Assembly (NCBI GenBank): GCA_963667015.2
Contig: CAXXJJ010000004.1
Location: 1,280,001 to 1,344,000 of the forward strand
DNA length: 64,000 nucleotides
DNA from: Desulfatiglandales bacterium
GTDB lineage: Bacteria; Desulfobacterota; DSM-4660; Desulfatiglandales; HGW-15
Reading direction: 5' to 3'
Position 1 is the stretch's first letter. Every line of letters begins with the position of its first letter. The notes under the pieces are model-generated. The model saw nothing but the letters and a program-made list of their open reading frames with translations. It was not told where the DNA came from and searched no databases. The translations under genes and the position numbers were made by a program. Positions 17,725 to 29,007 of the stretch are shown piece by piece.

Positions 17725-20460
17725 CTAAAGCTCCGCTTTAATTGCCTCAACCTTATATGCTTCAAGCACATCACCCGGTTTGATATCCTGAAAGGCCTCA
17801 AGGCCTATACCGCATTCATATCCGGCCTGAACTTCCTTTACATCATTCTGAAGGCGTCTCAGGGAAGCTATTTTCCCATCAAAAATTACCACATCATCTC
17901 TCAACAACCTGATATTTGCATTTCTTTCAACATGTCCATCGGTTACATAACAGCCAGCAATTTTTCCAATCTTAGGAACGCTGAATAGCTGTTTGATGTC
18001 CACACGTCCAATAACGTTTTCCTTGTAAATGGGCTCAAGGAGACCAGCCATGGCCTTCTTGATATCCTCTATCAGGTTGTAGATAACATCATAATACCGG
18101 ATATCAATGTTTTCTCTTTCGGCTATCTGAACGACCCTTGCGTTGGTCCTTACCCTGAAACCAATAATAATGGCATCAGATGCCGAGGCCAGCATTACAT
18201 CCGATTCGGTTATTGCACCGGTAGATGAATGGATAATACGTATCTTCACCGCTTCGGTTGCAAGTTTATGTAGGGATTCAGACAGTGCCTCAAGAGAGCC
18301 CTGAACATCCGCTTTGATTATTATATTGAGCTCCTTTATCGCCCCTTCCCTGATCTTCTCATAAAGATCATTCAGGTTTACTATGTCACTCTTTGATCTT
18401 TCCTTCTCTTTCAGCTTGGCCTGGCGATGGGCAACAATCTGCCGTGCAGTTTTCTCATCTGGAACAACATAAAACTCGTCACCGGCCTTGGGAACACCTG
18501 TCATACCATAGATCTCTACAGGGACAGACGGGGTTGCTTCCTTCAGTTTTTTGCCCCGGTTGTTCAGCATCGCTCGTACACGCCCGTAGCTTTCTCCGCA
18601 GATAAAATGATCACTCTGCTTTAAGGTTCCCTCTTTTATAAGTACTGTTGCGATGGATCCTCTGCTCTTATCCAGCTGTGCTTCAATAATGGTTCCTCTC
18701 GCTGGTCTGTCGGGATTGGATTTTAATTCAAGCATTTCAGCCTGTAAGAGGATAAGCTCCATAAGCTCATCTATACCTTCACCGGTCTTGGCGGATATCT
18801 TGCCGAAAATGGTATCCCCCCCCCAATCCTCAGGAGTCAGGTCAAGTTCTGCAAGCTCCCTTGTTACCTTATCAGGGTTTGCCTCCGGTTTATCTATTTT
18901 ATTAATTGCTACAATAATCGGGATATTGGCTGCCCGTGCATGATTTACAGCTTCTCTTGTCTGGGGCATGACTCCGTCATCCGCTGCCACAATAAGAATA
19001 ATAATATCTGTTATCTTCGCGCCTCTTGCCCTCATGGCGGTAAATGCCTCATGGCCAGGGGTATCCAGGAACACGATATCTCCGCCTTCTCTCTCAACAT
19101 AATAGGCACCTATATGCTGTGTAATTCCGCCTGATTCTCCGCCAATTATGTTTGAGTCCCTTATATAATCAAGAAGCGATGTTTTTCCATGATCAACATG
19201 GCCCATTATTGTGACAACAGGAGGTCTTGGCTTGAGATCTTCCGGTTTATTAACCACCTCATCCAGCTTAACCTCCATTTCAAACTGATCAAGTTCAAGT
19301 TCATATCCAAAATCATCTGCGGCAAGAGAAGCCGTCTCAAAATCGATCTTCATATTAATATTGGCCATCACACCCATCTTAATCAGCAGTTTGATTAATT
19401 CTGCTGCCTTTACCCCCATTGCCTTGGCGAGATCGGATACAGTTACGTTCTCAGGCACCTTAAGCCTTCTTTTGCTTGCTTTAGGGGTAGTTATTTCAGT
19501 CTGCCTTAATCTTTTGGCACCATCCTTTGACTTTTTGCCTGACTTTCTGTCTTTAAGTCTGGGTTTTCTGTCTTCATAAAGATCAGCCCTCTCAAACACT
19601 TCAATCTTCCGGTGTTTGATACGAGCCCCTGCATCAACATCCCTGCTGGCCTTATCCCCTTTTTTCCTGTCTTTCTTCTTCTTTGCCTTTTTGCCGTCCT
19701 CATCCAGCACATCAGTAGCACCAGGTTCAACAACGACGGGTTTGACCTTTTCTATTTTCTTTTCTTTAAACTCAACAGGTTCTTTTATTACTTCCTTCTT
19801 CTCTTTTTCCTTTGCCAACAGATCTTTCAGAGGTCCCTCTTCTGGGCGTTTGATAATCTTGGCCGGTCGGTCTTTTTGCTTTTTCTTTGATTTTTTGCCT
19901 GAAGGTTTTTCGGCTTCCTTTACTTCCTCTTCTTCAACTAAAGCAGCTGAATCCTCTGCGGCCTGATCAGATGCCTGCTCCACCGCTTCTTCTGGTTCGG
20001 CGCCCTCTGCCTTTTCTGCGTCCATCATCTCTTCTTCAGTTTCATCTGTTTCTGTAACAGCTGTCTCCTCCGACGGAAATTCTTCAGCGGCGGCGCGCTC
20101 TTCTTCAGTCTCGATATCTTCTTCTGTTTTCTTAACCACGGGAGAAACAGCCTCATCCTTTTCAGCGACTGCTTTTTCCTCTTCAGGGGATTTCTCTTCT
20201 ACCGGAGCTTCAGCTCTTACTTCAGGCTCATCAACCTGAACGACTTTGCGTCGACGAATAACGTTTCTTTTGATACGTTTTTCTTCAATAACTTCGGACA
20301 CATTGCCTTTCAATATCTCTTTTGCTTTTTTTATCTCACTATCATCCAAGGTACTCATATAATTCTTTACTGCCATTCCACCGGATTTCAACTTTTCTAC
20401 CAGCTCTTTACTTTCAATATTAAGTTCCTTGGCCAATTCATAGACCCTTACTTTAGCCAT
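17725..20460 (-). CDS. infB: translation initiation factor IF-2
   Basis: [12 protein letters not shown]-term; [34 protein letters not shown]. Confidence 0.98.
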   Translation of the reverse strand: MAKVRVYELAKELNIESKELVEKLKSGGMAVKNYMSTLDDSEIKKAKEILKGNVSEVIEEKRIKRNVIRRRKVVQVDEPEVRAEAPVEEKSPEEEKAVAEKDEAVSPVVKKTEEDIETEEERAAAEEFPSEETAVTETDETEEEMMDAEKAEGAEPEEAVEQASDQAAEDSAALVEEEEVKEAEKPSGKKSKKKQKDRPAKIIKRPEEGPLKDLLAKEKEKKEVIKEPVEFKEKKIEKVKPVVVEPGATDVLDEDGKKAKKKKDRKKGDKASRDVDAGARIKHRKIEVFERADLYEDRKPRLKDRKSGKKSKDGAKRLRQTEITTPKASKRRLKVPENVTVSDLAKAMGVKAAELIKLLIKMGVMANINMKIDFETASLAADDFGYELELDQFEMEVKLDEVVNKPEDLKPRPPVVTIMGHVDHGKTSLLDYIRDSNIIGGESGGITQHIGAYYVEREGGDIVFLDTPGHEAFTAMRARGAKITDIIILIVAADDGVMPQTREAVNHARAANIPIIVAINKIDKPEANPDKVTRELAELDLTPEDWGGDTIFGKISAKTGEGIDELMELILLQAEMLELKSNPDRPARGTIIEAQLDKSRGSIATVLIKEGTLKQSDHFICGESYGRVRAMLNNRGKKLKEATPSVPVEIYGMTGVPKAGDEFYVVPDEKTARQIVAHRQAKLKEKERSKSDIVNLNDLYEKIREGAIKELNIIIKADVQGSLEALSESLHKLATEAVKIRIIHSSTGAITESDVMLASASDAIIIGFRVRTNARVVQIAERENIDIRYYDVIYNLIEDIKKAMAGLLEPIYKENVIGRVDIKQLFSVPKIGKIAGCYVTDGHVERNANIRLLRDDVVIFDGKIASLRRLQNDVKEVQAGYECGIGLEAFQDIKPGDVLEAYKVEAIKAEL

Positions 20461-20590
20461 CTAATCCCCCAAAGCCTTTCTTGTTTTCCTTTCTTTATGG
20501 ATAAAATACATTTCATAAAAATAGAATAATGTTGTACATTCCTTTTATCTTTATCCATAAGGATACCTGATTATCTATCACTGAATATGG

Positions 20591-20860
20591 CTATAACTTT
20601 ACCTGTTTTCCTCTATCAAAACCTATTGTAACCGCTTTATCTGTCCGGAAAAACCGATTAAGGCCTTTAGACCTTAAAAATTTCTCTCTGCAGGAAATCT
20701 CGTTACAGAGATAAATTCCACGACCTTCTTTCTTCCGGTATTCATCGATAACAACCCGGTTATCTCTATCAAGGACAAGTCGAATAAGCTCTTTTTTGGG
20801 TTTCTTCGACCTGCATGCTACACATGTTCTTACAGGAACATGACCTTTATTATTTTTCAT
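20591..20860 (-). CDS. ylxR: YlxR/DUF448 RNA-binding protein
   Basis: HVPVRTCVACR...KKELIRLV...GRGIYLC...C; real start ATG 20860 overlapping the nusA end. Confidence 0.85.
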   Translation of the reverse strand: MKNNKGHVPVRTCVACRSKKPKKELIRLVLDRDNRVVIDEYRKKEGRGIYLCNEISCREKFLRSKGLNRFFRTDKAVTIGFDRGKQVKL

Positions 20861-22163
20861 CCGGGTTAATATCTTCCTCTGTTTCCCCTTCCGAAACTGC
20901 ATCCGGTTCGGAGGAAGCATTCCCATCACCCTCATTGAGGTATTCTTTGGCTGTTGCAATCAATTCAACCGCATCTTCATTACTTAAGCCATCCACATTT
21001 GCCAGTTCATCAACACTGGCTGCGGCAATATCCTCTACAGACCTGAAACCTTCCTGATACAGTTCCGTTGCGATCGCCTCACCGACACCCTCTAGACTCA
21101 GGAGGGAATTATAGGAGTCTTTCAGATCCTTATTGTATTCAGACTCACTTGTCACATCCAGATTCCACCCTGAAATCTTTGATGCAAGACGTACATTCTG
21201 TCCTCTTCTTCCGATTGCCAGAGAGAGCTGATCATCCGGAACAACTACAACCATTGACTGGTTGGACTCATCAACAACAACCCTGATTATTTCTGCCGGT
21301 GCAAGGGCATTGCATATAAATTTTGCAGGATCAGGATCCCAGGTAACAATATCGATTTTTTCACCTCTTAACTCCTGAACAACCGCCTGAACCCTTGAAC
21401 CTTTCATCCCGACACATGCACCTACAGGATCGACATCAACATCTCTTGATGTTACGGCTATCTTTGCCCTGCTCCCCGGTTCTCGTGAAACCTGGATTAT
21501 ACTTACAATACCTTCTGAAATTTCCGGGACTTCATTTTCAAAAAGCATGGAGAGAAAATTTGGATGGGTTCTGGAAAGTATGATCTGAGGTCCCCTGCTG
21601 AACTGTTTTACCTCAAGGATAAATGCCCTTATCCGGTCTCCCTGCTTATAGGATTCCTTTGGTATCTGTTCCTTGACTGGCAGTTCAGCCTCTGCCTTAC
21701 CGAGGTTAACAATAATAGCTCCCTTGTCAAAGCGTTGAACTATACCGTGAATAATCTCACCGCGTCTGTCCTTGAAATCATCATATACGATGTTTCTTTC
21801 CGCTTCACGCAAACGCTGCATGATAACCTGCTTTGCAGACTGTGCAGCAACCCGACCAAGGTCATCTATTTCCGTTCTTATTCCAAGGCTGTCTCCGATA
21901 ACAGCTTCAGGATCAATTTCATGTGCTTCTTCGAGGGAAATCTCAAGAGTTTCATTTGTTACATTTTCTACGACTTCCTTGAATTCAAATATTTCGATTT
22001 CACCCAGTTCTTCATTGAAATTAATTTCGAGATCATAGTTCTGCCCGAGCTTTTTACGTGCAGCTGCCTTTACTGCTTCCTCAAGGGTCTGTATTAAGGT
22101 CTCTCGCTCAACACCCTTCTCTCGGCCAACCTGCTCCAATACTTTTAATAAATCTGAACTCAT
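20850..22163 (-). CDS. nusA: transcription termination factor NusA
   Basis: GRVAAQSAKQVI, LSRTHP, REPGSRAKIAV, GACVGMKGSR, LSLAIGRRGQNVRLA. Confidence 0.98.
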   Translation of the reverse strand: MSSDLLKVLEQVGREKGVERETLIQTLEEAVKAAARKKLGQNYDLEINFNEELGEIEIFEFKEVVENVTNETLEISLEEAHEIDPEAVIGDSLGIRTEIDDLGRVAAQSAKQVIMQRLREAERNIVYDDFKDRRGEIIHGIVQRFDKGAIIVNLGKAEAELPVKEQIPKESYKQGDRIRAFILEVKQFSRGPQIILSRTHPNFLSMLFENEVPEISEGIVSIIQVSREPGSRAKIAVTSRDVDVDPVGACVGMKGSRVQAVVQELRGEKIDIVTWDPDPAKFICNALAPAEIIRVVVDESNQSMVVVVPDDQLSLAIGRRGQNVRLASKISGWNLDVTSESEYNKDLKDSYNSLLSLEGVGEAIATELYQEGFRSVEDIAAASVDELANVDGLSNEDAVELIATAKEYLNEGDGNASSEPDAVSEGETEEDINPDEK

Positions 22164-22164
22164 T

Positions 22165-22677
22165 TCAATTTACTCCATTGTTTGTACTGTTAACTGTGCC
22201 TGTTTTGTCATTATCGAAATCGAATATAAGGTTTGATTTCTCGATGTCATCAAATGGCAATTCAATCAGTTCCCCTTCAGTTTCAAGAAAAATCGTACGG
22301 TTTTTATAATCTTTAAGGTTTCCGGTAAAATTTTTCTGTCCATTAAGATCCCGGGACATCTTTAATTTAATCCTGTTTCCAATTACCTTTATGAAATCCT
22401 TTTCCTTTCTCAAAGGACGATTGAGTCCCGGAGAAGAGACTTCAAGGACATATTCATGTTCAATGATCTCTTTTACATCGATTATATCACCAAGGTCCCT
22501 GCTTACATCAGCACAGTCATCTATGGTGACACCGCCTTCCTTATCAATATACAGCCTTAAAACCCAGCGACCATGCATGGTAAGATATTCAACTTCAACA
22601 AGCTCAAATCCCATATCTTCAAGCATAGGTTCAATAAGAGAAATTACACGGTCTCTTATTATAGTAATATCTGCCAA
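22165..22677 (-). CDS. rimP: ribosome maturation factor RimP
   Basis: GFELVEVEY...LRLYIDKEGGVTIDDC...LEVSSPGLNRPL; probable TTG start 22677 after GGAG (track start 22695). Confidence 0.93.
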   Translation of the reverse strand: MADITIIRDRVISLIEPMLEDMGFELVEVEYLTMHGRWVLRLYIDKEGGVTIDDCADVSRDLGDIIDVKEIIEHEYVLEVSSPGLNRPLRKEKDFIKVIGNRIKLKMSRDLNGQKNFTGNLKDYKNRTIFLETEGELIELPFDDIEKSNLIFDFDNDKTGTVNSTNNGVN

Positions 22678-22808
22678 TACCCGTTCTCCAATCACACAAT
22701 ATTAAAGCTGCAATACATTCCCTGTGATAACCGATCAAAACAATCAAGATTCAAGAGGCTTTATCAAGAGAGATTTACCCGAGAGAAGAAGCACTGATCA
22801 GCACTAAT

Positions 22809-22835
22809 AAAAAAGCGGGTAATTAAGACCCGCTT
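22809..22835 (-). terminator. rimP-leader-like terminator/attenuator
   Basis: Minus strand AAGCGGGT-CTTAATT-ACCCGCTT-TTTT upstream of rimP. Confidence 0.65.
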
Positions 22836-22992
22836 CAGAATCATAGACTATAGCTTTTACAGTAAAACCTGCATAAAAAAATCACTACGGCATACTGCAA
22901 AACATTGTGCCCACAATTCGAAGTAGGTCAACCATTAATCTACTCATGGCCAACAACCTCAAAAAGGGAATCCGGAATTTTTCAATCACTCC

Positions 22993-23068
22993 TGGAGCGG
23001 GCAACGGGGTTCGAACCCGCGACCCCAAGCTTGGGAAGCTTGTACTCTACCAACTGAGCTATACCCGC
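22993..23068 (-). tRNA. tRNA-Gly (CCC)
   Basis: GCGGGTATAGCTCAGTTGGTAGAGTACAAGCTTCCCAAGCTTGGGGTCGCGGGTTCGAACCCCGTTGCCCGCTCCA; 76-nt cloverleaf, encoded CCA. Confidence 0.97.
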
Positions 23069-23476
23069 TTTAAGCCTCTCATTGTGACATATTCCTGCTT
23101 AAAATTCCTTAAAAATGCAGGGGGATCAAACCCTTATATATTCTTCCTCTGATACTGAGCTGCAAAGAAAGTTTTTTACTTTTCCCAAAAAATAATTTTA
23201 CATTTTTACCATAAGAAAAATCATTGTCAAGATATTATCTGAAGATAAAACCCGGATAAACATTTTAAATTCCAATAGGTTTTCGATTTTCTTCAGTAAT
23301 ATTAAGGTAAAACATGTAAAACTATTTAAATATTCGGCAGGAAGAATAATATTTTTGTTTTTTATTGTCAATCCAATTAAAAAAACATATCATTTTGCAA
23401 AATTGTATGATAATTTGCTTATCATATAATAAATAATTCTAAAAAAATTTATGTTGCCCAGGAGAAAAAGAGTTCC

Positions 23477-24343
23477 TTGGAAGAAGATTCAAATCGAAGT
23501 TTTTTGAACAAAATTTTTTCCCTAATTAAAAAAAACCACCTTCAGAACGGTTCAGACCTCACGGATGAGATCAATGATCTCATGGATGAGGGGCAGGCGA
23601 AGGGCCTTATCACCGATGAAGAATCAGAAATGGTTCATGGCGTATTGGAGTTAAAAGAAACCACTGCGTCTTCTATAATGATCCCCCGCACTGATTTGAC
23701 CTCTGCGGCTATTGATACTACCCTTGGTGAGCTTATCCAGCTTATTACAACCTGTGGTCATACTAGGATTCCAATCTATAAAGACAGCATTGATGGAATA
23801 GTTGGCGTCCTGCATGCAAAGGATCTCCTTAAATTATTTGGAAATCCGCCGGATACAGAAATAACACCCGATATACTCAGGAAGGTCTTTTTTGTACCCG
23901 GCAGCCAGAAGATCAGTGCACTCTTAAGGGATCTTAGAAGTAAAAAAAACCATATGGCAATTGTAACAGATGAATATGGCGGCACGGCAGGATTAATTAC
24001 CATTGAAGATATACTTGAAGAAATAGTCGGCGAAATAATGGATGAGCATGACCATGAAGAATCTCTGATGAATGTGATTGATGAGAGCACTATCCTTGTG
24101 GATGCACGCCTTGAAGCCGAAGCCATAGAAGAATATTTCAATCTGGAGTTGCCTGAAGGTGATTTTGAATCTGTAGGCGGATTTATTATCAACCAGCTTG
24201 GCAAGATACCGAAAACAGGTGAGGAAGTTACTTATCAGAACCTTAAAATAACAGTCAAATCTGCAGATGAAAGGAGAATTGACAAGGCCCTTATCACCTG
24301 CTGCAAACCCGCCCCTGACGAATCTGAAGAATCGGGTTACTGA
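23477..24343 (+). CDS. corC: CorC/HlyC family CBS-domain Mg2+/Co2+ transport-associated protein
   Basis: IMIPRTD, GHTRIPIY, HMAIVTDEYGGTAGLITIEDILEEIVGEI; upstream of lnt. Confidence 0.85.
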   Translation: MEEDSNRSFLNKIFSLIKKNHLQNGSDLTDEINDLMDEGQAKGLITDEESEMVHGVLELKETTASSIMIPRTDLTSAAIDTTLGELIQLITTCGHTRIPIYKDSIDGIVGVLHAKDLLKLFGNPPDTEITPDILRKVFFVPGSQKISALLRDLRSKKNHMAIVTDEYGGTAGLITIEDILEEIVGEIMDEHDHEESLMNVIDESTILVDARLEAEAIEEYFNLELPEGDFESVGGFIINQLGKIPKTGEEVTYQNLKITVKSADERRIDKALITCCKPAPDESEESGY

Positions 24344-24406
24344 CACGCACACACGTTTCACACTATTAATACTGCAATCATCAATATTTTCATCCGGCAC
24401 TGTTAA

Positions 24407-25954
24407 ATGCATTCAATATCAGCAAAAAAAATCCTACTGGCCTTACTTTCAGGGCTGTTGATCACAGCTTCTTTTCCACCCTTAAAAACAGACTGGTTAA
24501 TCTGGATTTCTATTATACCTCTTCTGACAGCACTTGAAGGCACAACTCCCGGAACAGCATTCAGACTGGGCATAATAGCCGGTCTGTCACACTATCTCTC
24601 TTTAATGTACTGGATAATTAATGTGTTAAGTACATATGGGGGGCTTAATTTTTTCATAAGTATTTCTGTTCTGCTTCTCTTAAGTTTGTACCTCGCGATT
24701 TACACGGGTATCTTTTCATTACTCTTCGTCAGCTTTAAAAACAGTAAAATAAAGATACTCTTTTTTGCCGGGATATGGGTGTCCCTGGAATATATAAGAG
24801 AGATGATCTTTACAGGCATGCCATGGGGTCTGCTTGGCTACAGTCAGCATAGCAGACTGGAGATAGTCCAGATCGCTGACTTGACAGGGATATACGGTCT
24901 TTCATTTCTTATTGTAGCATTTAATGTCTTTTTATATACCCTGATGGTAAAAAACAAAGAGATCCTCAAAAACAGATACTTCATTTCGGAAACCCTTATA
25001 ATTATCCTCTTGGCATACACATCGGTTCAATATGGAATAAACTGTCTATCCAAATATAGTGACGAAAAACAGGAGAATCCTGAAGTAAATGTTTCTATAA
25101 TCCAGGGGAATATTGATCAGGCTTTAAAATGGAATGAGGGATTTCAGGAAGAGACCATTGACAAATATATTGATCTTTCGCAAAGCAGCTATAATACAAA
25201 ACCTGAAATAATTGTCTGGCCTGAAACGGCAGTGCCTTTGTTTTTTCAGGATAATAATCCGCTATCGGAAAAGATAATAAGAATGGCAGAACGGAGTAAT
25301 GCATACCTGATTTTCGGGAGCCCTGCCTACAGAATAGATCAGGGAAATGTGCGTTATTATAACAGGGCCTGGTGTATATCACCTGAAGGAAGAATAACCG
25401 GTCAATACAATAAAACTCATCTGGTTCCCTTTGGAGAATATGTACCGTTACAGGAATTTCTTCCCTTTGTCCACAGGCTCGTGCCTGCTGCCGGAGATTT
25501 TTCAAAGGGTAAATCAATGGATCCGATTCGGCTTAATAAGATTTCATCAGGTATTCTCATATGCTATGAGGTTATTTTCCCTGAAATAGCACGCTCCCAG
25601 GTCTTAAATGGCGCTGACATACTGATCAACATAACAAATGATGCATGGTATGGTTATACAAGCGCGCCCTATCAGCATCTCTATATTTCAGTATTCAGGG
25701 CAATCGAAAACAGGAGGCCATTGATACGTTCGGCAAATACCGGTATAAGTGCAATAGTTGATTCGACAGGAAAAGTAAAAATGAAGGGTAGCCTTTTTAC
25801 CGATGAAGTGCTTACAGGCAGAGTCACACCGGCAAAGGAAACTATTTCTTTCTATACCCGTTTTGGTGATATCTTTGCCGCAGGAATTTTAATTCTATGC
25901 TTGATAAAAATATCTATTGGATTATGCTGTTCGCGTAAAAAACAGAAACAATAA
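24407..25954 (+). CDS. lnt: apolipoprotein N-acyltransferase
   Basis: Multi-TM N-term; IIQGNI, VWPETA, YNKTHLVPFGEY, ICYE, TNDAWYG, RSANTGIS. Confidence 0.96.
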   Translation: MHSISAKKILLALLSGLLITASFPPLKTDWLIWISIIPLLTALEGTTPGTAFRLGIIAGLSHYLSLMYWIINVLSTYGGLNFFISISVLLLLSLYLAIYTGIFSLLFVSFKNSKIKILFFAGIWVSLEYIREMIFTGMPWGLLGYSQHSRLEIVQIADLTGIYGLSFLIVAFNVFLYTLMVKNKEILKNRYFISETLIIILLAYTSVQYGINCLSKYSDEKQENPEVNVSIIQGNIDQALKWNEGFQEETIDKYIDLSQSSYNTKPEIIVWPETAVPLFFQDNNPLSEKIIRMAERSNAYLIFGSPAYRIDQGNVRYYNRAWCISPEGRITGQYNKTHLVPFGEYVPLQEFLPFVHRLVPAAGDFSKGKSMDPIRLNKISSGILICYEVIFPEIARSQVLNGADILINITNDAWYGYTSAPYQHLYISVFRAIENRRPLIRSANTGISAIVDSTGKVKMKGSLFTDEVLTGRVTPAKETISFYTRFGDIFAAGILILCLIKISIGLCCSRKKQKQ

Positions 25955-26018
25955 CACCGGGTTAATAAATCCAGTATTTTGTCCTGGTTACACAGAAGAT
26001 CCATAAGGAGGAGACAAT

Positions 26019-27117
26019 ATGGAAAATGAACTTAATGATAAAATAAAAATCCTTTCTGAAACCCTTACCATGCTTCGAGGTCATCTTTGACTTGGATGCA
26101 AAGATACTTGAGCTTGAACGGCTTGACTCTATCATGGCCAAGGGTGATTTCTGGGAAAGGAACCATGAAGAGGTTTCACAGATCTCACAGGAAAGGGCAT
26201 CACTTAAGGATATCGTCGACAGCTGGGAATCGCTGAAAAGAGAAACGGATGATCTAAAGATACTTATAGAGCTGGCAGTTGAAGAGAATGACAGTGATAC
26301 AATAGAAGAAGTAACCAGGGATATCTCAAAACTTGAAAAACATATAGAAAACCTTGAAGTTCAATCGCTACTGAATGAACCGGATGATAAAAGAAACTGT
26401 ATCGTTTCGATAAATGCAGGCGCAGGAGGAACTGAAGCACAGGACTGGGTAGAAATGCTTTACAGGATGTACCTCAGGTGGTGCGAATCCAGAAGCTTTA
26501 AAACCGAGGCTATTGACTACATGGTGGGTGACGAGGCAGGTATAAAGAGCGTCACTTTCACGGTTTCAGGAAACAATGCATATGGCTATATGAAATCCGA
26601 ACACGGCATTCATCGAATGGTCAGGATATCTCCCTTTGATGCAACCGGACGCAGACATACATCCTTTGCCTCAGTTTCGGTGCTTCCCGAGGTTGATACT
26701 GATATTGATATAAATATTGATGAAAAGGATCTCAGGATCGATGCATTCAGGGCCAGCGGCCCGGGCGGTCAGCATGTAAACAAGACAAGTTCAGCCATCA
26801 GGATAACTCATCTCCCTACAAATATTGCTGTACAGTGCCAGAATGAAAAATCCCAGCACAGAAACAAAGAAATGGCAATGATGGTTTTAAAGGCAAGGCT
26901 TTATGACCTGGAGAAGAGTAAACTGGATAAAAAAAAGCAGGAAATGCACGAGAACCAGAAAGATATAGCATGGGGAAGCCAGATAAGATCCTATGTATTT
27001 AATCCCTATCGCATGGTAAAGGATCACAGGACTAATGAAGAGGTGGGAAACCTTGAAAAGGTTATGGACGGAGACATTGACAACTTTATTGACGCCTATC
27101 TCAGGATGAAGCGATAG
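26019..27117 (+). CDS. prfB: peptide chain release factor 2 (programmed +1 frameshift)
   Basis: ATG 26019 gives MENELNDKIKILSETLTMLRGHL then CTT TGA C (26085-26091) with internal SD GAGG; the +1 frame has SPF and GGQ motifs. Confidence 0.97.
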
Positions 27118-27142
27118 ACCGGATGCATGATAAGGACATTTA

Positions 27143-28252
27143 ATGGCTACGATATTTGAAACAACAAATATTAAAGGACTTTCAATAAAAAACAGGCTTG
27201 TAAGGTCTGCCACATGGGAAGGCATGTGTGATCAGGAAGGCAGGCCCACGGAAAAACTCTGCAATCTTTACAGGGAACTGACCGAAGGCGGTACAGGCCT
27301 GATTATTTCGGGATACGCCTTTGTAAGGCCTGAAGGCAAACAGCTTACCGGCAAGATGGGAATCCATACCGATGACTTTGCAAAGGATTATGAAAGGCTG
27401 GTAAAGACGGTCCATGATTCGGGAGGCAGAATCGCCGCTCAGATCGTGCATGCAGGAGGCCAGGCAATAGAGGACAACTCCGGAAAGCAGCCTGTTGCAC
27501 CGTCAGCAGTAAAGGTTGCCCATTATTCAACAGAACCACGGGAACTCTCCATAGAAGAAATACAGGAAATAACAGATGCATTCGGAGAAGGCGCACGCAG
27601 GGCAAAGGAATACGGTTTTGATGCTGTACAGCTTCATGGTGCCCACGGCTACCTGATCAATCAGTTCATGTCGCCGCACACAAACCTTAGAGAAGATGAA
27701 TATGGCGGCAGCATTGAGAACAGAAGCAGGTTTGTGGCAGAGGTTTATCAGAAGGTCCGTTCAAAGGTTGGTATCGATTTCCCTGTAATGATAAAGATGA
27801 ATTGTTCAGATAACATGGACGGGGGCCTAACCATAGAGGACGGTGTTTATATCGCAAAAAAACTGTCCGGGTCAGGAATTGATGCAATTGAGGTGTCATC
27901 AGGCAACAGTGCCTCAGGAATAAAGTCCGGCCCCCTCAGGATGAAGATAAACAAGCCCGAAAAAGAGGCATGGAATATGGACTATGCAAGGCAGGTCAAG
28001 GCTGTTGTCAACTGCCCCGTAATGGTGGTTGGTGGATTCAGGTCCTATGATGTCAGCGAAAATGCCATAGCCCTGGATGGCATTGATTACATTACAATGT
28101 CGAGACCGCTTATCCGGGAGCCGGACCTCCCGTCCAGGTGGGAGCGGGGAGATCGAGCTCCGGCCAGATGCATATCATGCAACAGGTGTTTCAAGCCGGG
28201 AGTCGAAGAAGGCGGGATTTATTGTGTTGCAGACAAAAAAGAAAAGGTATAG
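27143..28252 (+). CDS. NADH:flavin oxidoreductase (old yellow enzyme family)
   Basis: KNRLVRSAT, QIVHAG, GFDAVQLHGAHGYLINQF, YGGSIENR, C-term CISCNRC. Confidence 0.9.
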   Translation: MATIFETTNIKGLSIKNRLVRSATWEGMCDQEGRPTEKLCNLYRELTEGGTGLIISGYAFVRPEGKQLTGKMGIHTDDFAKDYERLVKTVHDSGGRIAAQIVHAGGQAIEDNSGKQPVAPSAVKVAHYSTEPRELSIEEIQEITDAFGEGARRAKEYGFDAVQLHGAHGYLINQFMSPHTNLREDEYGGSIENRSRFVAEVYQKVRSKVGIDFPVMIKMNCSDNMDGGLTIEDGVYIAKKLSGSGIDAIEVSSGNSASGIKSGPLRMKINKPEKEAWNMDYARQVKAVVNCPVMVVGGFRSYDVSENAIALDGIDYITMSRPLIREPDLPSRWERGDRAPARCISCNRCFKPGVEEGGIYCVADKKEKV

Positions 28253-28269
28253 TTTCAGGTTTTTATCGA

Positions 28270-29007
28270 ATGAGTAATGTTTATATAATTAAGGCTGGGA
28301 CAACATTTCCCGAGGTAGCAGAAGAATATGGCGATTTTGACCGCTGGACACTCAGCGCTATGGGCATCTCGGCAGATGAAGCCGTTATTATCGATGTACA
28401 GGCCAACGAATCTCTTCCCGATCCCTCAAAATGCAGGGGAGTTGTAATTACTGGATCGCACGCAATGGTTACCGATCACCTTCCCTGGAGCGACCGGATA
28501 CTGGAGTGGTTACCGGAAATCCTCAGAGAAAATATTCCTTACATGGGAATATGCTATGGACATCAACTTCTTGCTCAAGCCATGGGAGGAGAAGTAGGGT
28601 TTCATCTAGGGGGCAAGGAAATCGGAACAGTTGATATTGAACTGTCCCCGGAAAGTAACAATGATCCTCTGTTTAAAACAATGCCGGGACATTTTCCTGT
28701 CCATGTGACCCACTCTCAATGTGTCCTGAGGCTTCCGCCAGGAGCGGTTACTCTTGCGTCAAATTCCTTTGAACCATATCATGCCATCAGAATCGGCAGC
28801 TGCGCCTGGGGTGTACAGTTCCACCCCGAGTATAATGCAGATATTATGAAAGGTTATATAATTCATCAGGCAGACGAATTAAAAAGATGCGGTCGTAATA
28901 TTAACGAAATAATTATGACTGTAAGAGAAACTCCCGAGGCTGCTGAACTGATGAAGTGGTTTATGGATTTGACAGTAAATCCTAGCCATTCATCAAAATA
29001 TCAGTAA
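28270..29007 (+). CDS. class I glutamine amidotransferase (GMP-synthase-like)
   Basis: VVITGS, GICYGHQLL, GVQFHPE; start ATG 28270. Confidence 0.88.
   Translation: MSNVYIIKAGTTFPEVAEEYGDFDRWTLSAMGISADEAVIIDVQANESLPDPSKCRGVVITGSHAMVTDHLPWSDRILEWLPEILRENIPYMGICYGHQLLAQAMGGEVGFHLGGKEIGTVDIELSPESNNDPLFKTMPGHFPVHVTHSQCVLRLPPGAVTLASNSFEPYHAIRIGSCAWGVQFHPEYNADIMKGYIIHQADELKRCGRNINEIIMTVRETPEAAELMKWFMDLTVNPSHSSKYQ

Noticed and set aside
22907..23152. 81-aa ORF over the tRNA; possible integration site at tRNA-Gly
   Set aside because: It is antisense to the tRNA; no integrase or duplicated tRNA 3' end was seen and the flanks are core genes.
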